Source of the DNA: Octopus sinensis
Lineage: Eukaryota
Assembly: GCF_006345805.1 (NCBI RefSeq)
Contig: NC_043008.1
Span: 2,542,001 to 2,606,000, forward strand
Length of the DNA: 64,000 bases
Direction of reading: 5' to 3'
Shown: positions 1 through 11,856 of the stretch, in pieces
Numbering within the stretch: position 1 is the first letter of the stretch
Layout of the letters: each line of letters starts with the position of its first letter
The notes under the pieces: generated by a model
Database searches by the model: none
What the model saw: the letters and a program-made list of their open reading frames with translations, nothing else
What the model was told of the DNA's origin: nothing
Program-made: the position numbers and the translations under genes

Positions 1-2129
1 TCTGAATTGCGTTTACAACGAATAATTAATTATGAATTATAATATTCAGTTTACTTTGACAGTTTCTACCTAGAGAATATAAAGTGAAGTTCTTCCCTCA
101 AGAAATGGATATACACTATTCAATACAACAAAGCGTATGCACACTAGGTTTCAGAGTCGTACACGATTTCTTAATTTATATTTGAAATATAATTTGAATG
201 TTATCAGAATTAATTATTGTGGGATGTATGTTTTTATATTTCTAAAACTAATTGGATGTTATTCATATTGAACAATTGAAACTTTGAATAGATTCTTATA
301 TTAAAGGTTATCAAGATATGTCAAAATATGTCAATGCATGATTTGTTGTGATTATGGAGATGAATCTTGAACGTAAATTATGTTATTTTAACGCAGATTA
401 TGTTTGCGCTAAGGAAGGTATTTGCGGTGAGTACTGTGGAGTTCTGGTGGTATTAAAGGAACAGGGAGAGGGAAAACAAGATGCCAGCAGCAGAGGAATG
501 TTTAAAGAACATAGTTGATATTATGCTGATCTGTTAGTTACAGGAGAATATAATGAAGATCGAAATATGAAACCACGCCAGCGGCAGTAAGGATACAGCT
601 AAAAGAAATATTAAACTTCGCACCTGAGAAACCAGTATGGTAATATGGAATATTATACCTTCAACCTGACCAATAAAAAATGTATACAGCAAAGATAAAA
701 TCAAATAAATTGAGATTTTACAGATATTTAATATTCAGGTAACTGCTATATTTACTTATGCCGCAAACTATATCTTCTATTAATGAAATTTCCATTTTAA
801 ATCTAGGGTGAAAAACAAAAAGAAAAGAAAGCGTCAACGGCTGTATTGAAGTAGTAAATTAAATTAATTGTTTTATTTGTTTAAATTGAATTTCGTTATC
901 TGAGAAGAAGAAGAATGTAATCGACCCAATAACAAGTAACTTTTCATTTGTCTTGCTGAAAAGCAAATTGATCCGGATATATTATAACAAGTATCAAATT
1001 AAGGAGAAAAAATTCTCAAATATCAGCTTGGCTGTATTTATTTAATTCGAAAGTCTTTCTTGGGATAAGATGATATATTTGATAGCTTGAGCTGTCTTAG
1101 TGTATTACATATTACGCAGTATTTATCTAAATGATGAGCCGTTTGCTTCCAGACAGGCTTTGAAAGACAAACGCTGTTTATGTGACAATAAATACAATAG
1201 ACTCAGCTCATTAACCACTTTATGCCTCCATCAGTATGTTATGCAAATGTGGGACACGTCTTTATTTTCCTCATATTTTAAATTTTCTTGCTGCATTTTG
1301 TTTATACAGAATGCAGCATCGGATTATTAGAAGTAATGTTTCTGTAAAAAATAATTTCAAAATTAGTATTTCACTTTGTTATGCTTGCATGCGTACGCTT
1401 ATGATTATATAGATTTAGGGAAATAGAGATGTAAACCTTACTGTAAACTTATCGAAGAAGCGAATCACGTTAGATTTTTTTACGTTCGAAATCACACCTA
1501 TACTTAAACTTAGTACACTAAATAGTTTTTGTAATTTTGAATAACTGAATTACCTGCAGGTGATCTGGAACTGTATACAAACAAATAATTGGTTCAAGCA
1601 AAGCATATCACTTAATTAACATGTTCAAAAATATCTCTCATTATATAGCAATTTTGAAGACGACTAGATGTGCGTATACACTTTAGACATGACATTCAAC
1701 ATCCACAAATGTATGCCTACAACATAGAGGAAGTCGGAAGTAAATACATATTTATATAGTTCGTAATCTACTCCTCTTCATAATTGACGTATTGGCTGCA
1801 AAGTTACATAATGCAACTTTTTTATGAATGGTTAATTGGTCGCAACACACGATACGAGGAAAGGGAACGAGGTTGAAATACCATTAGTAGTTCAATTTCA
1901 AACAGTGTATATATATAATCTTTCCTAATAAATCAGTAAACATTTATAAGTTATTTTTCCTCGATGACTAATTGAATTGTTTTTGAGTATATGTTGTCTG
2001 TGAGGTTTTCTTATAGTAGAAGAAATAGCAAGGATCTTTGGCTGCTATTTCTAAAGTTCGGTATGTGGTGAAGCAAATCTTTTGCTAAAACCTAATTATA
2101 ATTATACTCATAATTATAAAAATAATATA

Positions 2130-2250
2130 TTATATATATATATATATATACATATATAGATATTTTTATATATATATGTATATATAGATATTTTTATATA
2201 TATATGTATATATAGATATTTATATATATATATATATGTATATATATATG

Positions 2251-2294
<44 letters not shown>

Positions 2295-2304
2295 TATATA
2301 TATA

Positions 2305-2350
<46 letters not shown>

Positions 2351-2371
2351 ACGTATATATATATATGTATA

Positions 2372-2457
<86 letters not shown>
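2130..2457. repeat. (TA)n microsatellite, representative of many (e.g. 3225-3415, 7627-7690, 8040-8160, 10085-10330, 11620-11855, 21180-21500, 21665-21850, 27550-27900, 60858-60945)
   Basis: Direct dinucleotide repeats. They account for the YIYI-type ORFs in the track. Confidence 0.98.
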
Positions 2458-2459
<2 letters not shown>

Positions 2460-2487
2460 AAAAAAGCAACAAGAATGGATTAAATTA

Positions 2488-2572
2488 TCGGTACAATTGT
2501 TTCGTACGAGGACATCTTTAATAAGCTACAAAAAATGCAGTAAATATAGATGGCTCATATTCGTCAGCCCGA
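2488..2572 (-). ncRNA. Type I hammerhead ribozyme fold, long stem II, GUA cleavage triplet
   Basis: Minus strand: tcggg-CTGACGA-atatgag...ctcgtac-GAAAC-aatt-GTA^ccga. Stem III has a palindromic loop (caattg). Stem II shows catct/agatg and ctgca/tgtag pairing. There is an A.C mismatch at the base of stem II and one bulged G in stem I. Confidence 0.65.
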
Positions 2573-2675
2573 AAAACATCAGAGATTCCCAAACATCAAA
2601 AGGGGTAGATACAAATGATGTTTGGGAATCTCTGATGTTTTTTGGCTGACGAGTACGAGCCATCTATATTTACTG
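2538..2675. repeat. Fold-back hairpin, about 60-bp arms with a 17-nt spacer, duplicating the 5' half of the HHR
   Basis: Arms 2538-2598 and 2616-2675 are reverse complements with three small differences. Confidence 0.95.
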
Positions 2676-2920
2676 AAAGAAGCCTGTCGTATATATGTAT
2701 ATATATATATGTGTATGTGTGTGTGTGTTTGTCCCCCTAGCAATGCTTGACAACCGATTCTGGTGTGTTTACGTCCCCGTCACCTAGCGGTTCGGCAAAA
2801 GAGACTAATAGAATAAGTATTGGGCTTACAAAGAATAAGTCCCGGGGTCGATTTGCTCGACTAAAGGCAGTGCTCCAGCATGGCCGCAGTCAAATGACTG
2901 AAACAAGTAAAAAAGTAAAA
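2671..2920 (+). mobile_element. tRNA-derived SINE family A, 3' portion
   Basis: actgaaagaagcctgtcg, an internal microsatellite, then ...gggtcgatttgctcgactaaaggcagtgctccagcatggccgcagtc. The same family occurs reversed at 11450-11955 and 60947-61100. Confidence 0.75.
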
Positions 2921-3214
2921 GAATATATATATGTATATATATATATGTATATGTATATGTATATATATATATTACTTTTTATAATTATGAGTATAATTAT
3001 AATTAGGTTTTAGCAAAAGATTTGCTTCACCACATACCGAACATTAGAAATAGCAGCCAAAGATCCTCGCTATTTCTTCTACTATAAGAAAACCTCCCAG
3101 ACAACATATACTCAAAAACAATTCAATTAGTCATCGAGGTAAAATAACTTATAAATGTTTACTGATTTATTAGGAAAGATTATATATATATACACTGTTG
3201 AAATTCCGAAATAT

Positions 3215-3278
<64 letters not shown>

Positions 3279-3351
3279 ATTATATATATATATATATATA
3301 TACATACATGTAAATATATATATATATACACACACTTATATATATATGTAT

Positions 3352-3383
<32 letters not shown>

Positions 3384-4738
3384 GTATATACATATATACC
3401 TACATATATATATGATATTTTCCTCAAGCAGATGATAATTTGATCAAATGGGCGATACGTACGATACGTAGTAGAGAGAGAGAGAGAAGCAGACAGACAG
3501 AGAGCATGTTTGCACGCGCGTGGCTGCGCTTTTGTTTGTATAGATTTTGTGTGAAACTGTGCTGAAATCATGTTTTAGAAATGTGTATTGAATATTCTTA
3601 TAAAAATACGAATAATGACGTTCACTGTACAGCTTTAGGTGTTGCACTCCTATGTTTCTATTAACTATGATGCAGGTATGTTGCTGTGATAAATGTATGG
3701 CATAACCTTCCGATTTTTGAGACATTTCTCTGTACTAAATTCAGTTAAACCATATTTTATGTTTTACACCAGAACATCTACACCATATTTAATGACATAT
3801 ATACGTAATCTGTAAGCATACCATGTTTATTTTATTATTTCTCACTTGTTATATATAATATTTGTGATGCTGCGTCTGATTGAATTTTAGCTGTTGGTTT
3901 GTTGATGGAAAGAATGTCATAAAAAAATTTGTATCTACATTGAGTGATGTATCGCAGTTAGATATCAGACTAAGAAGATAATTTAAACATATCATATTAA
4001 ATTAATGCTTTTATACCCTCTCTTTTCAGACGCACACAGACGGGCAGACAAACATACAGGTATACACATAAACAGAAATGTATGTGTGTGTGTATGTGTG
4101 CGTATGTGTGCGTGTGTGCGCGAGCATTTATGCGTGTGTATTATGCAGAACCAAGGTGTGCTGCATTCATCCACTAAAGGTCGGAGCGTGATATTGGAAT
4201 CCCCAAATCTAATCATATGACTACGTTCAGATGACCGGATGTCAGAATTCAAAGAACATGAAGGAAAAGAGAAAGGAAACTATGTTAATATTATGCAAAA
4301 ATGTTGTGTTCACTCCACTGGAGAACTATTCCCATTAATTATCAAAAAAACATGTCAAAACGAACAGCAAAGTTGAAGACGATCCAGGACGACTTCACAA
4401 AGACTAAATACTTCGATCTAATAGATATGCAACAGAAAAGAGGTTAAAGAAATGTTTGCATTAGACCCTAGAAATAAAACGGGAATGGTGTGCTGTAATA
4501 ATATCTGAACGGTCTTGTATGATCCAGCAAAACATTTTCCATTGCATGTTATAGCAATTTCCAAACTGAACCCTGCTGTAAATAATAGGGATTCCAAACG
4601 ACTCTGTAGGAACCATCAATATTTAAATAATATGCTAAAATCCCCTAGTCTTAACGAAATGCGTATGTTGATTTGCTCAAAGAAATATAGACGAACTTTT
4701 AAGTGAGACACGAGAAGAAGTTACAGAACGTGTATAAT

Positions 4739-4775
<37 letters not shown>

Positions 4776-4782
<7 letters not shown>

Positions 4783-5340
4783 AAAGAAAAGGAAACATAG
4801 GAATAGGAAAACCACCTGTTTCAAATACCCCTACTCTCCCGAAGTGACCTTTATTATAGGCAAATATTCCTTACCAATGATAGATAGACATTTTCCAGTA
4901 ACCATAGTTACAGAAAGATCTTCGATAGACATGGCTGAAAATTCAGTTTCAAATCAACTGCTAATTTTAAATATATAATCGTACACAAAAAGAAAAGCCC
5001 CACAAAATGAAATTAGCTGTTCATGCACGGATAAAAATTTATGCCCGCTAAAGTGAACTTACGAAGCCACCGTAGACTCTACAACCATTACGTGCACAGT
5101 TTCGACAAAGAAATATGTGGCCCTTACAGAGGGGAATGTCAAGGCCAGGTTCAATCACCTTCAACTTCAGGCACTGGGATAAAAGGAAAACGACTAAATT
5201 GTCCAGGCACATATGGTCTTTAAAAGATAAAGGTGTCAGTTACATCCATTGGAAGATCTCAGCCAAGTGTAAGCCTTACACCGGCGGTAGTGGTAAGTGC
5301 GGTCTTTATGATATGGAAAGATGGTTATTTTCATAGCGTA
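4776..5340 (+). pseudogene. Penelope-like element (PLE) remnant: post-RT linker plus GIY-YIG endonuclease
   Basis: Across frameshifts/stops: RNRKTTCFKYPYSPEV..IGKYSLPMIDRHFP, CSCTDKNLCPLK, YVALTEGNVKARFNH, KLSRHIWSLKDKGVSYIHWKISAKCKPYTGGSGKCGL. These match, by recognition rather than search, the C-terminus of invertebrate PLE ORFs. Confidence 0.8.
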
Positions 5341-5355
5341 TTTTTATTGCCTTCA

Positions 5356-5414
5356 GTAACTGAAGAGATACCGGTGAACGTTTCAGCCCCGAAACCCCTA
5401 ACTCGGAGTTTTAC
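5356..5414 (+). ncRNA. Degenerate type I hammerhead fold directly 3' of the PLE ORF remnant
   Basis: gtaa-CTGAAGA-g..tgaa cgt ttca..c-GAAAC-ccc taactc gga-GTT^ttac. Stem I is gtaa/ttac, extended by ttgc/gcaa. Stems II and III are imperfect. Confidence 0.5.
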
Positions 5415-5529
5415 CATGCAACCGAATAATTGTCACATACTATATTACAAATAAATTCCTCTATTTACATAATATCGAGGTCTCCTTCATTCTTTTGTTG
5501 TTTTACCATTACTATTAATATATATATGT

Positions 5530-5780
5530 ATAACCACGTTCGACGTGACCGACAAGGCTGTCAGGTGTTGTTATACAGGCTTGTCACAATGTGGGATGTA
5601 TCGTTTTGTCCATTGAAAGATGCGACCTGTATGGTTAGGTGAAAGGCCAACACTACCCTTTCATTGATAGGGGACAGAAGCAACGTGAAACGAAATGAGT
5701 CGCTTGAGAACAAAACGTACAGCCCGAACTGGGACTCGAACATATGAACTAGCGATTGTGAATGCACCTTCCCACCCACA
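5530..5780 (-). mobile_element. Degenerate tRNA-derived SINE
   Basis: A reverse tRNA-like head with B-box (gggactcgaac) at about 5725-5775 adjoins a GC-richer body. Confidence 0.45.
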
Positions 5781-6077
5781 CCCACATGCACGCATGCATA
5801 TGTATGTATATATATATATATATTTATATATATAATATATATATATATAATAATCAATATAGGGTGGTGAAAAAAATTTTGTAGAATTCTTTTTGCCACC
5901 AGCGGCCTAGTGGGAAAAAATTAAATAGTCATAGACCATTTTTCAGTTCAACATCAACAATCAAGGAACGGCCATAATAGGCCATTCACCCACTAGAAAT
6001 AACAGCCAAAGCTTCAACCGCAAATAAAGATCAATTCCGTAAACAGGAGAAAATTTAAAAAAAACATTTACCCTGTA

Positions 6078-6184
6078 ATTTCTTGTACGATGCACCGTTT
6101 CGTCTGCTGTTTAATGGTAAACTAACCTGATTAAATTAAATCAAGCCAATCTTCCATAGGCCCTCAGATTCTTCAGCAAGAAAT
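6078..6184 (-). ncRNA. Type I hammerhead ribozyme, array 1 copy 1
   Basis: Minus strand: atttcttg-CTGAAGA-atctg...cagac-GAAAC-g gtgcat c-GTA^caagaaat. Stem I is a perfect 8 bp. Rod-like stem II: tctg/caga, atggaag/ttaccat, attggc/gttagt, ttgatt/aatcag, with several G-U pairs. Confidence 0.8.
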
Positions 6185-6568
6185 AGCCAAGTCGGAACAG
6201 ATATTTTCACGAGGCATTTCCGACCCTGCCAAGGCAATATCTGACCTAAAATTTTCAAATCGTCGCACTCGCGCCAAATTTATCGGCAGCAAATAAATAT
6301 AAGCCGTCGATTCCATTACGGAATTAACCAGAAAATTCATAATTAATCAATATAGGGTGGTGAAAAAAATTTTGTAGAATTCTTTTTGCCACCAGCGGCC
6401 TAGTGGGAAAAAATTAAATAGTCATAGACCATTTTTCAGTTCAACATCAACAATCAAGGAACGGCCATAATAGGCCATTCACCACTAGAAATAACAGCCA
6501 AAGCTTCAACCGCAAATAAAGATCAATTCCAGTAAACAAGAGAAAATTTAAAAAAACATTTACCTGTA

Positions 6569-6677
6569 ATTTCTTGTACGATGCACCGTTTCGTCTGCTG
6601 TTTAATGGTAAACTAACCTGATTAAATTAAATCAAGCCAATCTTCCATATAGGCCCTCAGATTCTTCAGCAAGAAAT
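6569..6677 (-). ncRNA. Type I hammerhead ribozyme, array 1 copy 2
   Basis: Same core and stems, with a 2-nt insertion in the stem II internal loop. Confidence 0.78.
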
Positions 6678-7059
6678 AGCCAAGTCGGAACAGATATTTT
6701 CACGAGGCATTTCGACCCTGCCAAGGCAATATCTGACCTAAAATTTTCAAATCGTCGCACTCGCGCCAAATTTATCGGCAGCAATAAATATAAGCCGTCG
6801 ATTCCATTACGGAATTAACCAGAAAATTCATAATTAATCAATATAGGGTGGTGAAAAAAATTTTGTAGAATTCTTTTTGCCACCAGCGGCCTAGTGGGAA
6901 AAAATTAAATAGTCATAGACCATTTTTCAGTTCACATCAACAATCAAGGAACGGCCATAATAGGCCATTCACCCACTAGAAATAACAGCCAAAGCTTCAA
7001 CCGCAAATAAAGATCAATTCCGTAAACAGGAGAAAATTTAAAAAAACATTTACCCTGTA

Positions 7060-7165
7060 ATTTCTTGTACGATGCACCGTTTCGTCTGCTGTTTAATGGT
7101 AAACAACCTGATTAAATTAAATCAAGCCAATCTTCCATAGGCCCTCAGATTCTTCAGCAAGAAAT
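7060..7165 (-). ncRNA. Type I hammerhead ribozyme, array 1 copy 3
   Basis: Same core and stems, with a 1-nt deletion in distal stem II. Confidence 0.78.
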
Positions 7166-7858
7166 AGCAAGTCGGAACAGATATTTTCACGAGGCATTTC
7201 CGACCCTGCCAAGGCAATATCTGACCTAAAATTTTCAAATCGTCGCACTCGCGCCAAATTTATCGGCAGCAAATAAATATAAGCCGTCGTCGATTCCATT
7301 ACGGAATTAACCAGAAAAGCAGAAAATTCATAATTATCAATATAGGGTGGTGAAAAAAATTTTGTAGAATTCTTTTTGCCACCAGCGGCCTAGTGGGAAA
7401 AAAAAATTAAATAGTCAAGACCATTTTTCAGTTCAACATCAACAATCAAGGAACGGCCATAATAGGCCATTCACCCACTAGAAATAACAGCCAAAGCTTC
7501 AACCGCAATAAAGATCAATTCCGTAAACAGGAGAAAATTTAAAAAAACATTTACCCTGTAATTTCTTGTACGATGCACGTAGTGCATCTAGTGGTGAATG
7601 GCCTATTATGGCCGTTCCTTGATTGTGATATATATATATATATATATATAATATATATATATTATATATTATATATATATATATATATATACGTATGTAT
7701 GTATTTGGTTAAAATAGAAAGATGAATAATCTTGTTGCAGATTAATCAAAAGTTTAACCGATACCTTGGTAGCAAAAATCACAGCAGAAGAAAGCACGGT
7801 TGGAGATAAAACCATTTGGTGTTCCAACCGTGCGTTGGTGCGGATTAATTGAATTTTA

Positions 7859-8037
7859 ATATTATTAGTGAATTGAAGAAATGGAGTTGAACGAAGATTG
7901 AACAGAATTCCTTTTATTGCATTCTACACATGTTTCAAATTTGGAAAATTGTGGCTTTTGAAACATGTGTAGAATGCAATAAAAGGAATTCTGTTCAATC
8001 TTCGTTCAACTCCATTTCTTCAATTCACTAATAATAT
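7859..8037. repeat. Perfect palindrome: 81-bp arms, 17-nt spacer
   Basis: 7859-7939 is the exact reverse complement of 7957-8037. A smaller 11-bp-arm hairpin (gcacggttgga/tccaaccgtgc) lies at 7794-7833. Confidence 0.95.
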
Positions 8038-8048
8038 ATGTATGTATG

Positions 8049-8150
<102 letters not shown>

Positions 8151-8558
8151 ACATATATATTTTTTTCCTCGTTAGAACATTACTGTATATAGAAATTAAC
8201 ACAATAAAAACATACTTTTGGGCTTAACATGTATCCCCACCGGCAAGAATAATGTGTCAACTCCTATCTACACAATTTAAAATCTGATTTCAAACGTCAT
8301 GCACAGCGTTTATAGGAAGAGTCCACTTAAACGACCCCATCCCCTACCAAAAAAATGTGCATGATTGAAAAAGAAATAATAAATGAGGAGTGAATGTAAA
8401 AATACATTAACCGATATATCGTAAACAATTCGAAATTTTATGCGAATTTCCTCAGTGGCCAGGACATGCAGTCAAAACGTTTTTTCATGAAAGAAGCATG
8501 TATAATTGTGAATAAATTACAATTAAATCGGAGAGGTTTATGAAAACACTTACATGTA

Positions 8559-8756
8559 TAGAAATAGCAGTCAAAACCGCTATAAAGCCACTATAAGCAC
8601 TCATATTACATCGCTTCAACAAAGAAATCTGTCAGCGAGCGACACGACATAAAAATTCAAAATCTAAATAAAAATAAAATGTTAGTGCTCTATTGTTTAC
8701 GAGATATAATATTAGTGTTTAAAGAAGTTTTATAGCAGTTTTAAGTGCTATTTCTA
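8559..8756. mobile_element. MITE-like element, 198 bp, with 28-bp terminal inverted repeats
   Basis: tagaaatagcagtcaaaaccgctataaa versus the reverse complement of tttatagcagttttaagtgctatttcta: 25/28 identical. Confidence 0.6.
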
Positions 8757-8923
8757 GACATGGAAGGGTTTTTATAACCCTCTCCTTTATAATTGTGATT
8801 CATTCACAATTATACACTCTTCTTTTATGAAATAAATGATTGCATGTTCTGGCCAATGAAATATTCGTAAACTTTTTGAAATGTTTACGGTATATCCAGC
8901 GTAATGTGTTTTCCATTCATTCC

Positions 8924-8958
<35 letters not shown>

Positions 8959-10080
8959 AAATGGAGCAAGAACGCAAAACATCCAGACGACGCTTCAAAA
9001 AACACGGGTAGGTCATTCGAAGCCTTTAATCTTCAGTCAAGAACCAGATCATCCTCGCAAGTTCGGCTGATCAATCTTGAGATTGCTCCAATCTGGCCAG
9101 CCCCAAGGAAAAACTAGGCTAAGGGCATTAGATTCTTTGGAAAAAAGCTTCGAATATATACGAAACAAGGACGGAAAAACAGACGATGTTACACGAATAT
9201 AAATACAAAAATAATACAAAATAACAATAATAATAATAATAACAGGACATCAAAACAGGCGTCTTTCGAATGGAGACGAATTTAATTCAGCTGACGTGTT
9301 AGGAATTAAATATATAGGAATATTTAGAGGGATACACGCACGTATTTACGTATGTACGTTCGTATATATTTACGTTTTTATCCTTCGCGTAAATTTTATT
9401 TCTCAATACATTCTTCGGACTTTTTTGTTATAGAGCACAACTGGAAATATCTTACACAGCTATTCTACTCTTAGACATATTGTTCTCATCAATATGCATC
9501 CCCAACGTAAAGAATAAAGGGACAAAATAATATATTTACATGAATGCTTTTGTCATTAGTTTGACCGATCGATCTTAATCGAAGGAAAAATTAAAGATTA
9601 AATATTCCAGCCGTGCTGGCAGGAAAGATAATATTGTCAATGATTCATACATTTTATTTTCTTTCGACACAGACGATGAAAGAGAATAAGAAAAAGAAAC
9701 GATGTTCTTCCCTTTATGCTATCAGTGCAGAAATTCCCGAAAATAAGGATAAATTTCAACGTTATCTACGTAACAAATATTTTATCAGTAACGATAAGCT
9801 TTTCGCTCTGAGCTTCAGTAGTTCTTCTGCATTCAAATTACTTATCGATGTTAAGCTTTTATTACTTCCATCTACAAGTAGCTAAAAATTGATCTATCAT
9901 CATTCCTAAGGCGAGTGTTAGATATTTGGAATCACACTAAATACAAACTTATGTATACACATGCGTAAAAAAGCACACACGGGGGAATCCAAAAAGCGCG
10001 TAGGCAACACATTTCTCTAGATATCTTGTTATCTATCAATCAATCTTTGACTCCATCTCTATCAAGTTCCTACACACACA

Positions 10081-10132
<52 letters not shown>

Positions 10133-10150
10133 TATGCATACACACATACA

Positions 10151-10198
<48 letters not shown>

Positions 10199-10274
10199 CA
10201 CACATGCATGTGTATGTAAGTATGTATGCATATACATATATACATTTATATATATATATATATATATGTTTACA

Positions 10275-10320
<46 letters not shown>

Positions 10321-11449
10321 ATATATATAGTGGGAACTGAAAATATGAGGAGGGAAACCAAAATGTACAGAAAGAGAAAACTATTCATCCGCTGTCACTA
10401 AGAATTTTATTGCTTTTTTTTATTTTTAACTTAGAAGTCACTTTCGCCAGTGGCCTACTAACTTTCTGAAAGATTTTCTATGCAACAAAATGTAAGAAAA
10501 AAATAAATAAATAAACGAAGAAAGAAAACGAAATGGTTTGTGCAGAGAGAGTCTTGTTAGTAATAAAGTATGAAAAAATCTTCCATTTTCCATCGAACAA
10601 AAACTGTAGTCAACGTACATAAAGTGTAAGGACAGGGTGCCAGAAACATACAAATAGAAGTATGAGTCTGTTCTGATTGAACATAAAACATGATGAAGCG
10701 CCATGTTTCCACTGATATCATGTGAGAATCAAAGAAGGGTTCTGCAGAGATCTGACGCTACAGGGAAGAGAATATTTGATTGCTTATTTATTAAATGATG
10801 AACAGAAGAAATGGCGGAGATTTAGAAAAGAGGACACACTAACATCAGCATGGTTTTGGAAAAGGATGGACAGGAGAGGAAATGTGGTGAGAAAGAAGGA
10901 AAGAGAAACAGGAGAGAGAGAGAGAGAGAGAGAGAGAGATATTGTGTGATCTAGGGGTCCAAGTAAAATATCTGTCAAATAAAAGAGGGATAAAGATAAT
11001 AGAGGGCTAGGCGAGAGAGGATGTTGAATGTCAGCTGTTTAAGAGAAGTGTGTTTATGTCCAGTTTGGTTTGATCTTGATCTCCATGCCTGACTCGTTTT
11101 CTTTAACCAATGTGAAAAGTTTATTCTTTCATCCCTAACTCTCGCAGCTTTTGCCCAACATAAAAGATGGCGTTTTTCAGTGTGTCTTCTCTCTGGACCA
11201 CCTCTCGCTCTTTCTTCTTACTCTCCCTTTGCTTATATCATCTATAACTCGTGTATTTCATTGGAAATTCGTTTCTCTCTCTCCCTATGTTTACATATTT
11301 CTCTCCCTTTCCTTCTCACCCGTAACCCACGGCGTTCTTTCTCTCTGTAGGCCCCTCACTGATTAACAATAAAATACACATATACATATATGCCTATGTA
11401 CAGGCGTATATGTATATGTCAGCACACACAAAATATCATACACACACGC

Positions 11450-11621
11450 CGTGGCCAATCTGGAGCACCGCCTTTAGTCGAGCAAATCGACCCCAAGACT
11501 TATTCTTTGTAAGCCTATTACTTATTCTATCGAGATCTGTTGCCGTTAACAAAACAAAATCTGTTGTCAAGTGGGACAAACATTCAAATAAGCAAACGCA
11601 TAAACATGCATACATGCATAT

Positions 11622-11677
<56 letters not shown>

Positions 11678-11713
11678 ACACACATATATATACATATATA
11701 TATATATAATATA

Positions 11714-11758
<45 letters not shown>

Positions 11759-11787
11759 TATATATACATATATATATATATATACAT

Positions 11788-11856
<69 letters not shown>

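Larger units (their letters stand above)
1894..3205. repeat. Long inverted repeat: arms 1894-2130 and 2966-3205 (about 235 bp) enclosing (TA)n, an HHR fold-back and a SINE 3' half
   Basis: The reverse complement of 2966-3205 aligns to 1894-2130 with only a handful of differences. A diverged relative of the arm lies at about 28920-29070. Confidence 0.9.
5851..7626 (-). repeat. Tandem array 1: about 3.5 copies of an about 492-bp HHR-bearing unit plus a 38-bp inverted end piece (retrozyme-like)
   Basis: Unit starts (taatcaatatagggtgg) at 5851, 6344, 6835 and about 7335. Copies differ mostly by 1-2-nt indels. 7588-7626 is an inverted copy of an internal unit segment. (TA)n lies on both sides. 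Confidence 0.95.

Noticed and set aside
397-426. 30-nt candidate exon (YVCAKEGIC) and other micro-exon or AG|GT sites (1554-1570 minus, 51594-51604 plus)
   Set aside because: Such splice-like motifs arise often by chance in AT-rich DNA, and there is no linking evidence.
6190-6231. A-box/B-box-like motifs upstream of the HHR in array 1 (and tggccggagtg...gttcgtc in array 2)
   Set aside because: Imperfect matches with short spacing, so Pol III promoters cannot be supported without data.
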